NCBI GenBank assembly: GCA_964648295.1
Contig: CAZYNH010000004.1
Location: forward strand, 613 to 64,612
DNA length: 64,000 bases
Source of the DNA: an uncultured Bacteroidia bacterium
GTDB lineage: Bacteria; UBA4055
Direction: 5' to 3'
The first letter of the stretch is position 1. Each line of letters begins with the position of its first letter. Below the pieces are notes generated by a model, which was not told the origin of the DNA, searched no databases, and was given only the letters and a program-made list of their open reading frames with translations. The translations under genes were made by a program, and so were the position numbers. Below, in pieces: positions 40,070 through 49,112 of this stretch.

Positions 40070-41136
40070 TATTTGGCCCTCCTTATCAGATAAAGGCCTG
40101 TTAGGCCGAAAATAATGTTCGGAGCCCACGCCGAAACTGTTACGCCGAGCTGACCCACCGAGCCCCAGTTCTTGAACATGATTATAAGAAGATAATAAAT
40201 GAAAGCGATCCCGACAGAGATCCCGAAATTGACAGAAACGGCGCTTCTTGCTCTTCCCGTACCCAGAGGTATCGCGATAAGTATAAGAACCAGATTGATC
40301 ACGCTGTACGATATTTTTGAATATTTCTCTACCTCCCATTTGGTCATCTCAGCTCCGAGCTTCTTCTTTTTTTCTATATACTCGCTCAGTTCAAAAAAGC
40401 CCATCTCAATTGGTTTGAGCTCGGTCTGAGTAATGTCTTCAGGCTCAAAATCAAGAAAAATTGACATCCTCTCCAGCCTTTCGAAAGCGGTCGAGTCCTC
40501 AATAAAAGTGCGCCTTACAACATTCTTCAGTTCCCATTTGCCATCGGAATATGTCATTTCATCGGCGTCTAGCCTGAAATCTATCTTTCCGTCATGAATA
40601 GCCTGAATAGATATCCCTCCGGCGATGTTGCGGTTGCCGTCGAAGGTGCTTATATAAACGATGCTGTTGCCTTCCTGATATACGAACTCATTGTACTTTC
40701 TGTGAATTTTCGCCGATTTTGTAAGGTAATAATCCTTGGCCTCATAATGTTTCCTTGAAGCGTAAGGCACGACCGTTTCGGCAAAATAAAAATGTCCGGC
40801 CGAGATAAGTATTCCAAGAATAATGAACGGCAGGGATATCCTGAACAAACTGATTCCGGAAGAAAGCATCGCCACGATCTCGTTGTATTTTGTCAGACTG
40901 CCCAAAGTAATAAGCAGCGCCATGAAACTGACCAGCGGAAGTATCTGCGATATTATCTCAGGTATCTTGAGGGTATAGTATAAAAAATAACCCATTAACG
41001 GCATATTCGAATCGAGAAATCTGTTGAGATGATCGAAAAGATCGATGATGATGTAGACGATTATCATTGTTGCAAGAGATACGAAAAGCGTTATTATAAA
41101 TTTTTTTACGAGGTATGTATCGAGGATCTTTACCAT
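40069..41136 (-). CDS. LptF/LptG-family LPS export permease (second of pair)
   Basis: YjgP/YjgQ-family N-terminus (MVKILDTYLVKKFIITLFVSLATMIIVYIIIDLF), 6-TM layout with a periplasmic domain; start overlaps the stop of the upstream paralogue. Confidence 0.8.
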   Translation of the reverse strand: MVKILDTYLVKKFIITLFVSLATMIIVYIIIDLFDHLNRFLDSNMPLMGYFLYYTLKIPEIISQILPLVSFMALLITLGSLTKYNEIVAMLSSGISLFRISLPFIILGILISAGHFYFAETVVPYASRKHYEAKDYYLTKSAKIHRKYNEFVYQEGNSIVYISTFDGNRNIAGGISIQAIHDGKIDFRLDADEMTYSDGKWELKNVVRRTFIEDSTAFERLERMSIFLDFEPEDITQTELKPIEMGFFELSEYIEKKKKLGAEMTKWEVEKYSKISYSVINLVLILIAIPLGTGRARSAVSVNFGISVGIAFIYYLLIIMFKNWGSVGQLGVTVSAWAPNIIFGLTGLYLIRRAK

Positions 41137-42323
41137 TATTTTCCCGGCCTGAATTTGTGTAGTACATAGTAAATGGACGAAGTGACCCATGAGAAATTGA
41201 TCTTGAAACCTCTTGAAGCATATCTAATCATGATAAGACCGAGAATGCCTATTACGATATTCGCGTTCCACATCGCCATGGCGGGATCCAGTTTGCCTCT
41301 GTCCGCCAGGTCCTCGCCGGAGATCAGAAAGAACCAGTAAACCGTGAATACAAGTATGCTGAGCGTGGCGGAAGGGCCGAGCCCTCCCCGCCCGGACATG
41401 AGTCCAAGAGGCGCTCCGATAAGCACCATTATCAGGCAGGCTAAAGAAAGCGCGTATTTCTTATGATATTCAACCTCGACCTGCGCGATTAAAAGAGGAG
41501 ACGCTTTCCTTGCTTTTAGACGCTCTATCTTTGCGAGAAGGCTGTCCGCGCTTTTTTCCCTGTCCCCGTAATAATTTTTATCCTCGACCTCAAAATCTAT
41601 GCCTGACACTTCTTTTGTCAGCTCCATTTTTGAGAATTTCGACCTGAAATATCCGTCAGGTTTCTGCGGGTCAAGGTTGGCTATCTCGCCGTCCGACAGG
41701 ATTATCCTGTACCTTTTGACTGCCTGATCGTATATCATTTTACCTCTGTCGGCCGTGATCGTTCTTCTTTCCTTTCCCCTTTTAGTGCCTTCAAGTATTA
41801 CAACTTTATACAGCTCGTTCTTGTGGTGATCCACGGACTCAGCCTTGATCACATAGCCCGGAATATCCGTGATGAATACGCCCGGCTCGATCACCGCGAG
41901 AGGTTTCTTTTTTGTGATCGAGGACTTGATTATCTTGCTTTTATGATTCATTTCCGGAAGTATGTTATTATGAAAATATATCATCCCCCAGCTCAGCAGT
42001 ATCGAGGCGATCACGGCGGGCGCTATAGCCTGATAGACCGATATGCCGCTTGACTGCATAACCGACCACTCGTTATCCTGCGACAGCCTGCCGTAGGCCA
42101 TCAGTGAAGCGACAAGGACAGACATGGGAATGGCGAGCGCAAGTATCCAGCCGAGGCTGAGATAAAAGAACTCAATTATCACTATTATATCGAGCCCCTT
42201 ACCGACAAAAGTCGTCATCATTTTCATTACGATATTCAGAATGAAAAGCGAAAGGATCATTATAAGAGACATAAAGAAAGGAAAAACATGCCCGCGGAGT
42301 ATGTAAAGATAAAGTATTCTCAA
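41136..42323 (-). CDS. LptF/LptG-family LPS export permease (first of pair)
   Basis: YjgP/YjgQ-family N-terminus (MRILYLYILRGHVFPFFMSLIMILSLFILNIV), same architecture as the next gene. Confidence 0.8.
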   Translation of the reverse strand: MRILYLYILRGHVFPFFMSLIMILSLFILNIVMKMMTTFVGKGLDIIVIIEFFYLSLGWILALAIPMSVLVASLMAYGRLSQDNEWSVMQSSGISVYQAIAPAVIASILLSWGMIYFHNNILPEMNHKSKIIKSSITKKKPLAVIEPGVFITDIPGYVIKAESVDHHKNELYKVVILEGTKRGKERRTITADRGKMIYDQAVKRYRIILSDGEIANLDPQKPDGYFRSKFSKMELTKEVSGIDFEVEDKNYYGDREKSADSLLAKIERLKARKASPLLIAQVEVEYHKKYALSLACLIMVLIGAPLGLMSGRGGLGPSATLSILVFTVYWFFLISGEDLADRGKLDPAMAMWNANIVIGILGLIMIRYASRGFKINFSWVTSSIYYVLHKFRPGK

Positions 42324-45300
42324 TTTTTTATCGCCTCAAGCATCAGTTCGACAGCCTTTTTTATCTCAGGTTCGTCATCGTTTATTATCTGATTGAAGGT
42401 CGGTTCTACCAGAATATCCGGTTCTACTCCGTTACCCTCCATATTGGTTCCGTCTTTTCTGTACCATCCTACTCTCGGCAGCCTCATTGACGAACCGTCC
42501 ATCAGAGTATGGTGACTGGTGCCTATGACCCCGCCCGTGGTCGGCGAACCGATGATCTTTCCCAGTCCCATCTCCCTGTAAATCGCGGGGAATATCTCCG
42601 CGTCGGAAAAGGAGTGGGTATTTATAAGGACAACGGAAGGTTTATCCCATATATCGAAAGGCGTTTTAAGCTTTTCCGCCCTGTTCCATCTGTAGGCTGA
42701 ATACGCGTACTGCTTTTTGGTTAATATCTCTAGGAGCTCGTCATGTGTATATCCTCCGCCGTTGAACCTGACATCGATTATAAGCGCTTCTTTGCTGAAC
42801 GTCTCTGAAAACAGATCCTCTTTGAATTTCTGAAGAGGGCCTTCGGTCATTCCCTGAATATGTATGTAACCTATCCTTCCTCCGCTGAGTCTGTCAACCA
42901 TGTCGCGTCTTTCTTTTACCCATGTATTGTATTTCAACTGATAATCACTTTCGAGACCCTTTATGGTGATATTTGCAGTTTTACCGTCCTTTTTTGTAAT
43001 ATCAAGCCTTATTTTTTCACCTGTCTTGTTCACAAAAAGCGTAAAAATATCTGTTTTTGGCGTTATTTCGACCCCGTCGACAGCGGTAAGTATATCTCCC
43101 GCCTGAACATTGTGTACGGTCATAAGTACGGAACCTTCATATACTTTGCTTATCCTCAAGCCTTTTTCAAGTCTTTTTTTCAGATCGAACTCGGCTCCGA
43201 TGTAGGCGTATTTCATCACAGCAGGGCCGGGTTCCTGTACGGGATAATATCCCGTATGAGACGAATTCACATCCCCGATCATTTCATCAATGATAGAAGA
43301 GAAACTTTCACTGTCCATGTTTATGCTCAGATAAGCCGAAAAATCCTTCTTCTGCTTTTCCCAGTCCGTTCCGTGCATTGCAGGGTCATAGAACCATCTC
43401 TTAAAGACCGAATGGATCTCATCGAACACCTTCCAGAAAATCTCCTGCCTGTTGTATTCATATTTCGTGTTAAAAGCAGTATCTTTGGATTTCTTTGAAG
43501 CCATTTCGAAAGACTTGATCCTGCCGTCCTGAAGATAAAAAACAGTTGATGTGGAATCGCAGAAGGAAAATTTTCTGATTCCGTTGCCTTTGAATTCTGT
43601 TATAAGCTCGTCTTTTCCCGACTGATAATCGGTCTTCCACAGGCTTTTATTATTATCGGTCTCATTAATGTAAAAGATCTCACGGTCTTTGTTGAGCGCG
43701 ATAATATAATTATTTCCCTGTTTTTTGATTATTTCCTTTTCAAAACTGTTAAGGTTCTTTTTGAAAAAATCAGATTTGATCTCCTGATCCTTTTCCGATT
43801 TTTTCTTTTTATCCTTTTTATCAAAAATATCTTTCCACTTATCTTTCTCAAAATGGAATTCCGAAATGTTCTTCATGTCGCTTCTGTATATCACGCCGCC
43901 CTTATTGTAAAAAAAGAACTCCTCTTTCGGGTCGAGCATGAAATTGTTTGTCCAGTCAACACCGGAATAAATAAGCTCTCTGCTGTTCTTTTTTGAATCG
44001 TACATATAAAGGTCGGTTCTGAAAATGCCCGGCTCTAAAACCGTATAGAAAACGAATGAGCCGTCGGCGGATATGTCCGCATCTATAACATATTTGCCTT
44101 TCTCAATGTCTGTAAATTCATCCCCGGAATTATCTTTCAGGGCAAGTTTATTCCTTTCGTCCCCCACGGAATAAAAAACAAATATTCTTCCCTTTATATA
44201 CTTTATCATGTCGATTGCCTTTTCACGGCTCCAGGTAAGCATTTCCGGAGTTTTTGCCGACCGGATGTCAGTTTTATACAGTTTCGGTTCGCCGGAGACC
44301 AGCATGGAAAAATATACCGTCTCGTTATCTGACGCGATCACAAAATCAGTTATGCCGTTTGAATCCGTCGTTATTCTCCTGATCTCACCGCCCTCGTACG
44401 GTACCGCGAAAAGATCGAACTTGTATTTATAAAGGATCCAGTTCCCCAGCGGCGAAACGCAATACTTATCGGTGGAAGACGCGTTCGCTTCGCTCACGAC
44501 ATCGGGTCCGAATATGTCCTCTTTTATGTCAATTTCGATCTTTTCGGCTTTTTTCAAAGCCGGGTCGAGCGTCCAGAGCCCGTCAAAGTACTCATAGACC
44601 ATCCTGTCATTCTCGCGGGCTATGGATATATCTCTTGCCGACCACCAGTCGAAATCAGTGAGCTGCTCGACGCGCGGTTCCTGTTTGCCGATCTCTTCCT
44701 GCGGCAGTAAAAAGATCTGGAATCTTTCACCGTCAGATCCCGCAAAATATATTCCTTTTCCGGTCTTTGAGTACACCGGGTATCTCTCTGTATATTTGCC
44801 GTCGTAGATCCTGTAATACGAGTCTGTAGCAAAATCGAGAAGGTGCAGACTTCCGCTTCCGCTGCCCGTCATTTTTTCTCTGAATGGCTCTCCCCTGTGG
44901 CAGAAAACGAATTTGTCATCGTCTTTTGAAAGATCTCCGTAAATAAAACCTGCTGAGTTAAGATCGGTCAGGCCGCTGCCGTCAAGTTTAACTTTGTACA
45001 GTTTGTTGCCCACAAATCTTTCACCGGCTGAAAGCAGAAGTTCATCCGAGTCTTTAAACCAGCCTGTGAGTAAATAATTTCCGGATATGACCTTTTTCGC
45101 AATACCGCCTCCTGACGGCATATAATAGATCGTGCTGTATCCGTCTCTGTTCGAGTTAAAAGCGATCTTTTTCCCGTCCGGCGAATATGACGGGTTCGAA
45201 TCCTCTCCGAAAACCGAGGTGAGCCTTTTTGCCGTTCCCCCTTCAAAAGGTACTGCCCACAGATTTTTTTTGTATGAGAAACATACTGTATTCCCGTCCG

Positions 45301-45388
45301 GAGAGATAGCCGGGTCCTTCATAAAAAAAGGTTCGAACGCCCAGAGCTGTACAGATATTAAAAGTACCGAAAACGAAAACAATCTCAT
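42320..45388 (-). CDS. Tricorn-protease-like S41 family peptidase with PD40/TolB-like beta-propellers and PDZ domain
   Basis: Signal peptide; PD40 repeats (SPDGNTVCFSY, SPDGKKIAFNS); C-terminal S41 core (VLINTHSFSDAEIFPAIYREMGLGKIIGSPTTGG). Confidence 0.8.
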   Translation of the reverse strand: MRLFSFSVLLISVQLWAFEPFFMKDPAISPDGNTVCFSYKKNLWAVPFEGGTAKRLTSVFGEDSNPSYSPDGKKIAFNSNRDGYSTIYYMPSGGGIAKKVISGNYLLTGWFKDSDELLLSAGERFVGNKLYKVKLDGSGLTDLNSAGFIYGDLSKDDDKFVFCHRGEPFREKMTGSGSGSLHLLDFATDSYYRIYDGKYTERYPVYSKTGKGIYFAGSDGERFQIFLLPQEEIGKQEPRVEQLTDFDWWSARDISIARENDRMVYEYFDGLWTLDPALKKAEKIEIDIKEDIFGPDVVSEANASSTDKYCVSPLGNWILYKYKFDLFAVPYEGGEIRRITTDSNGITDFVIASDNETVYFSMLVSGEPKLYKTDIRSAKTPEMLTWSREKAIDMIKYIKGRIFVFYSVGDERNKLALKDNSGDEFTDIEKGKYVIDADISADGSFVFYTVLEPGIFRTDLYMYDSKKNSRELIYSGVDWTNNFMLDPKEEFFFYNKGGVIYRSDMKNISEFHFEKDKWKDIFDKKDKKKKSEKDQEIKSDFFKKNLNSFEKEIIKKQGNNYIIALNKDREIFYINETDNNKSLWKTDYQSGKDELITEFKGNGIRKFSFCDSTSTVFYLQDGRIKSFEMASKKSKDTAFNTKYEYNRQEIFWKVFDEIHSVFKRWFYDPAMHGTDWEKQKKDFSAYLSINMDSESFSSIIDEMIGDVNSSHTGYYPVQEPGPAVMKYAYIGAEFDLKKRLEKGLRISKVYEGSVLMTVHNVQAGDILTAVDGVEITPKTDIFTLFVNKTGEKIRLDITKKDGKTANITIKGLESDYQLKYNTWVKERRDMVDRLSGGRIGYIHIQGMTEGPLQKFKEDLFSETFSKEALIIDVRFNGGGYTHDELLEILTKKQYAYSAYRWNRAEKLKTPFDIWDKPSVVLINTHSFSDAEIFPAIYREMGLGKIIGSPTTGGVIGTSHHTLMDGSSMRLPRVGWYRKDGTNMEGNGVEPDILVEPTFNQIINDDEPEIKKAVELMLEAIKN

Positions 45389-45472
45389 AAGACACCGTCC
45401 TTTTTTATTAAAAGTCAGTAAAATATAATAAATAAGGCAGGAAAAAGAAAAGAAAAAGCTGTGTAAAACAAA

Positions 45473-45838
45473 TTATTTTATTGATCTGTGAACACGATAT
45501 CCGGGATTGTTATTTGTATCGCTGACAAATTTTCCGTACTCAACGCTGGTATTTAGCCACTCATTCATCTTTTCATCGCAGTTAAGCGCCTCCGAACCAA
45601 TTTTTATCCAGCAGTCGTAGGACCTGTTCTTAAAAATAAACTCTTCGACATGGTCGAGTTTTATCAGATCTTCTTTAGTTTTTGGATCTATCCTTGTTAT
45701 GAGTTCCGTATCGGTAACCGCGCATAAAAGATGTCCGTTCAACATGAAGCAGACACCGCCTTTTGCCTCCCTTATATCAGGATTAAGGTTCCTCAAAGCT
45801 CCATATGTCTTAATTGCCAGTTCCCTGTTGTAAGACAT
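45473..45838 (-). CDS. Hypothetical protein, possibly TfoX N-terminal-domain-like
   Basis: Weak resemblance only (AKGGVCFMLNGHLLCAVTDTELITRIDPKT). Confidence 0.3.
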   Translation of the reverse strand: MSYNRELAIKTYGALRNLNPDIREAKGGVCFMLNGHLLCAVTDTELITRIDPKTKEDLIKLDHVEEFIFKNRSYDCWIKIGSEALNCDEKMNEWLNTSVEYGKFVSDTNNNPGYRVHRSIK

Positions 45839-45930
45839 CTCTGTTACCCGTATTTTTTACATTTCGGTTCAAAAAAAGGGGGCGTTTCTTCAGCTAATAT
45901 AACAATTTTTTTTTATAAAAACAAATAAAA

Positions 45931-45960
45931 AAAACCCGGAATTTACCGGGTTTTTACAAT
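45931..45960. terminator. Rho-independent terminator (bidirectional hairpin) after the repeat-lipoprotein gene
   Basis: aaaAAACCCGGaatttaCCGGGTTTttt, flanked by A-run and T-run. Confidence 0.6.
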
Positions 45961-45973
45961 TACTCATATTATC

Positions 45974-46444
45974 TTATAAATTGAAGTTAATTATCGGCAA
46001 AAGGAAAAATATCGGACTGTTCTTATTGTAGTTGATAAGCCCGATCTGGAAATTCGCGCCGCCGCCCTGAACGATATTTACCAGACCGAGCTGCAGTCCC
46101 GTCAGGTTCTGGCCGGTGTGGTTGACAAGCCCCCACTGAAGTCCCTTCATATTAGCGGAAGTGGAAAATATCTCGGCGAGCTGGATCCCTGTAGTATTAC
46201 CCTTGTTGAAGTTGACCCAGTTCCATTGCAGACCTGCGAAATTCGAGTTTACCTGGCTTACGAATCCAAGATCAAGTCCTGTCACATTCGAGTTAGCGCT
46301 GTGAACCAGATTTATCTTGACACCTTTAATGCTTTCACCCTCGCCCGTGAGCTGAAGCGGATTCACGATACCTATCTGAAAAGGCTTTTCCGCGAAGAGC
46401 GACACGCTTAATGCAACCAGAAGTAGCGTAATCAGTTTTTTCAT
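45974..46444 (-). CDS. Secreted hypothetical protein with short tandem repeats
   Basis: Signal peptide (MKKLITLLLVALSVSLFA); about five repeats of ~20 aa with core TGLQ(L/W)G(L)VN. Confidence 0.4.
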   Translation of the reverse strand: MKKLITLLLVALSVSLFAEKPFQIGIVNPLQLTGEGESIKGVKINLVHSANSNVTGLDLGFVSQVNSNFAGLQWNWVNFNKGNTTGIQLAEIFSTSANMKGLQWGLVNHTGQNLTGLQLGLVNIVQGGGANFQIGLINYNKNSPIFFLLPIINFNL

Positions 46445-46460
46445 TTCACTGCCTCCTTAT

Positions 46461-47309
46461 CTAGAATTTGTACGCAAGTCCTATGCCGAGTACTTCCTTG
46501 AACTGCGATTTTGTGTCAACATTGTCGTCATGAGCCATTTCAAAGCTGAAGTTCGCTGAAAGATATTCATTGACCTTCATAGACAGCAGGTTTGTCCAAA
46601 TCAGATCGATATTCTGCGGTTTCAGATCCTTCTTTTCGTCTTTCTGATAGTTAGAGAACGCTTCGAATTTTGATTCCAGGCTTACATTCGTCCATATCTC
46701 CTGTTTGTATTTCAGCCTTGCGTACCCCCCGATATTTGTTTCCGTATCAACATCTTTGATAAATGTTGATTTCATGGTGAGAGGCGATATGAAAGCGGTG
46801 AATATCTCACCGGGCTTATAATCCATACCGAGAGCAAGAAGTACGGCACCCGGCGACATGAATTCCGAAATCGTATTTCCCGCTGCGTCTTCTGTAGGCG
46901 TCATCTGCGATTTAAAATTGAACAAACCTGCATAATACCAGTCCTGAAAAGCTTTTCTTCCGTATTTAGATGTCAGGTCGATCTTGTCTTCGGATTTTAC
47001 AGGATCGTCGCTTTCAATTTTTGTGAACCCGTAACCGAGATCAAGATTATTATCCCATATATTTACCCCGTCGGAAAAATTCATAAAAACGCTTACAAGC
47101 GCGTTCAGCGTCATGGTATTCGTTCCTCCGGACGCCCAGTTGGAAGAAAAAGCGGCCTGCGAGAAATTCACATTCACTACTCCGCCTTTTTTCCATCCTG
47201 TATGGTCTGAGGTCAGTTCTTTTTTAAGAGTTCCTTCCGCTTCAGTTGTCTGAGCGAAAACAGTGACCGTCAATGCCAGTGCTATTATCACAGAAATGAT
47301 TTTTTTCAT
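46461..47309 (-). CDS. Putative outer-membrane beta-barrel protein (DUF3078-like)
   Basis: Signal peptide, alternating aromatic/hydrophilic pattern, ends in aromatic residue (GLAYKF); family call from memory. Confidence 0.45.
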   Translation of the reverse strand: MKKIISVIIALALTVTVFAQTTEAEGTLKKELTSDHTGWKKGGVVNVNFSQAAFSSNWASGGTNTMTLNALVSVFMNFSDGVNIWDNNLDLGYGFTKIESDDPVKSEDKIDLTSKYGRKAFQDWYYAGLFNFKSQMTPTEDAAGNTISEFMSPGAVLLALGMDYKPGEIFTAFISPLTMKSTFIKDVDTETNIGGYARLKYKQEIWTNVSLESKFEAFSNYQKDEKKDLKPQNIDLIWTNLLSMKVNEYLSANFSFEMAHDDNVDTKSQFKEVLGIGLAYKF

Positions 47310-47320
47310 TTCGATCTCCT

Positions 47321-47767
47321 TTATTTGTTTTTTAAAATGTCTCTTATCTCGGTCAGCAGCGTTTCCTCTTTTGTCGGTGCGGGCGGAGCAGCGGGGGCGG
47401 GGGCTGCTTCCTCTTTCTTTTTAAGGCTGTTCATAATTTTCACCATCATGAAGATAGCGAAAGCCACGATCAGAAAATCGAATGTTACCTGAAGGAAATT
47501 TCCGTATTTGAGAGTTACAGCAGGCATGGCCGCGATAGCTTTTCCCGCTTCGTCAAATCCGGCCGGAACTGCTTCTTTTATCGTTACGGCAAGGTCTTTA
47601 AAATCGACACCGCCTACGAGAACACCGATCGGCGGCATGATCACATCGTTAACTACCGACGCCACTATTTTACCGAACGCTCCGCCGATTATGATACCGA
47701 CGGCCATGTCAACCACGTTTCCTTTCATCGCAAATTCTTTGAATTCTTTCATCATTCCCATTTTCAA
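47321..47767 (-). CDS. mscL: Large-conductance mechanosensitive channel
   Basis: [30 protein letters not shown] ... PPIG matches MscL closely; true start is probably the internal Met at about 47755. Confidence 0.9.
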   Translation of the reverse strand: MKMGMMKEFKEFAMKGNVVDMAVGIIIGGAFGKIVASVVNDVIMPPIGVLVGGVDFKDLAVTIKEAVPAGFDEAGKAIAAMPAVTLKYGNFLQVTFDFLIVAFAIFMMVKIMNSLKKKEEAAPAPAAPPAPTKEETLLTEIRDILKNK

Positions 47768-47890
47768 ACCTCCATTTTTTTTAATATAATGTGTGCAAAT
47801 CTGAAATTTGCCTGATCGTTATTTGTGCGTACAATAGCAATATAAACAAAGAGACCTGCTTTTACAAGCAAAATAAATGTTTAAAATATA

Positions 47891-48985
47891 TTAGCCCGAG
47901 TGACTTTCGACTGCTTTATCAAATTCGCGCTCAAGCTCAGCGAACAGTTCTTTGACCGATATGATCTTATCGATCCTGAAGGCGTTTGCCCCGCAGAAAG
48001 CGAATCCGTGTTCAAGATGTCCCTGTTTTGCGTTGGCCAGAGCCTGACCTATGCAGTACTGGGCTTTGTCGGCGGCGCAGCTTTTTAAACACAGCCACGG
48101 GCATGTCACTTTTTTTGCGTGCCCTTCCTCGATCTCTTTTAAAAAACGGTTCTTTATTGCTCTTCCGGGAAGTCCGACCGGGCTCTGGATTATTACTATA
48201 TCGTCCTTTGTGCATTTGATGTATTCGTTCTTGAACTCGTCCGTCGCGTCGCATTCGTGAGTTGCTACGAACCTTGTTCCCATCTGAACGGCTTTAGCTC
48301 CAAGTTTCAGGATGTTGTAGATGTCCTCTCCGGTATAGATTCCGCCGCCTGCTATCAGAGGTATCTCCCTGCCGTACTTTTCCGCGAAAGGTTTTATCTC
48401 CGCAAGCACCTGAGGGACAAGATTCTCAAGCTTGAATTCTTCTTTGAAAAGATCCTCTCTTTTATAGCCGAGATGTCCGCCTGCCAGAGGACCTTCCACA
48501 ACAAAAGCGTCCGGGATCATGTTGAAATTCCTGTCCCATTTTCTCAAAATGATCTTCGCTGCAAGCCCGGATGAAACGATCGGTACGATCTTAACACCCG
48601 AACTGATGTACCTGTCCAAACCTATTTCGTGCGGAACATCAGTCGGAAGTCCGGCGCCCAGAAATAGTATGTCAATCTTTTCATCAACAGCCGTATTTAT
48701 GATCTCTTTATAGTCGGTCAGAGCCACCATCACGTTCAACCCTATAACACCTTTTGTAGCTGATCTCGCTTTTCTTATTTCATTTCGTAAAGCTCTCAGG
48801 TTCGCTTCCTGATAATCAGTCTTAAAATCGTCTTCCAGAAGCCCTGCGCCCACAGACGCGATAACACCTATTCCGCCCTCTTCAGCCACTGCCGCCGCAA
48901 GGCCGGAAAGCGAAACTCCGACTCCCATCCCGCCCTGAACTACAGGCTTTTCTATTTCCAAATCCCTAATACAAAACTGCTGCAC
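47891..48985 (-). CDS. NAD(P)H-dependent flavin oxidoreductase, nitronate monooxygenase / FabK-like family
   Basis: N-terminal motif (PVVQGGMGVGVS), TIM-barrel FMN-binding pattern (IPLIAGGGI); Cys-rich C-terminal extension. Confidence 0.7.
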   Translation of the reverse strand: MQQFCIRDLEIEKPVVQGGMGVGVSLSGLAAAVAEEGGIGVIASVGAGLLEDDFKTDYQEANLRALRNEIRKARSATKGVIGLNVMVALTDYKEIINTAVDEKIDILFLGAGLPTDVPHEIGLDRYISSGVKIVPIVSSGLAAKIILRKWDRNFNMIPDAFVVEGPLAGGHLGYKREDLFKEEFKLENLVPQVLAEIKPFAEKYGREIPLIAGGGIYTGEDIYNILKLGAKAVQMGTRFVATHECDATDEFKNEYIKCTKDDIVIIQSPVGLPGRAIKNRFLKEIEEGHAKKVTCPWLCLKSCAADKAQYCIGQALANAKQGHLEHGFAFCGANAFRIDKIISVKELFAELEREFDKAVESHSG

Positions 48986-49112
48986 AATATTCTCCTAAAT
49001 TGTTTCCTTATCGGGTCATCGAAATATTTACCCGTTTTCACAAATAAAAAGATCGGTGATCTCTTACTTTAAATCTAACGAATTTTACTTAAATACACAA
49101 TGTAATATCTCA

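Noticed and set aside
40069-40339. N-terminal 90 aa of the track ORF 38747..40339
   Set aside because: Would overlap the upstream permease gene by 270 nt; the N-terminal translation is Arg/Ser-rich and atypical, so the GTG at 40067-40069 is preferred.
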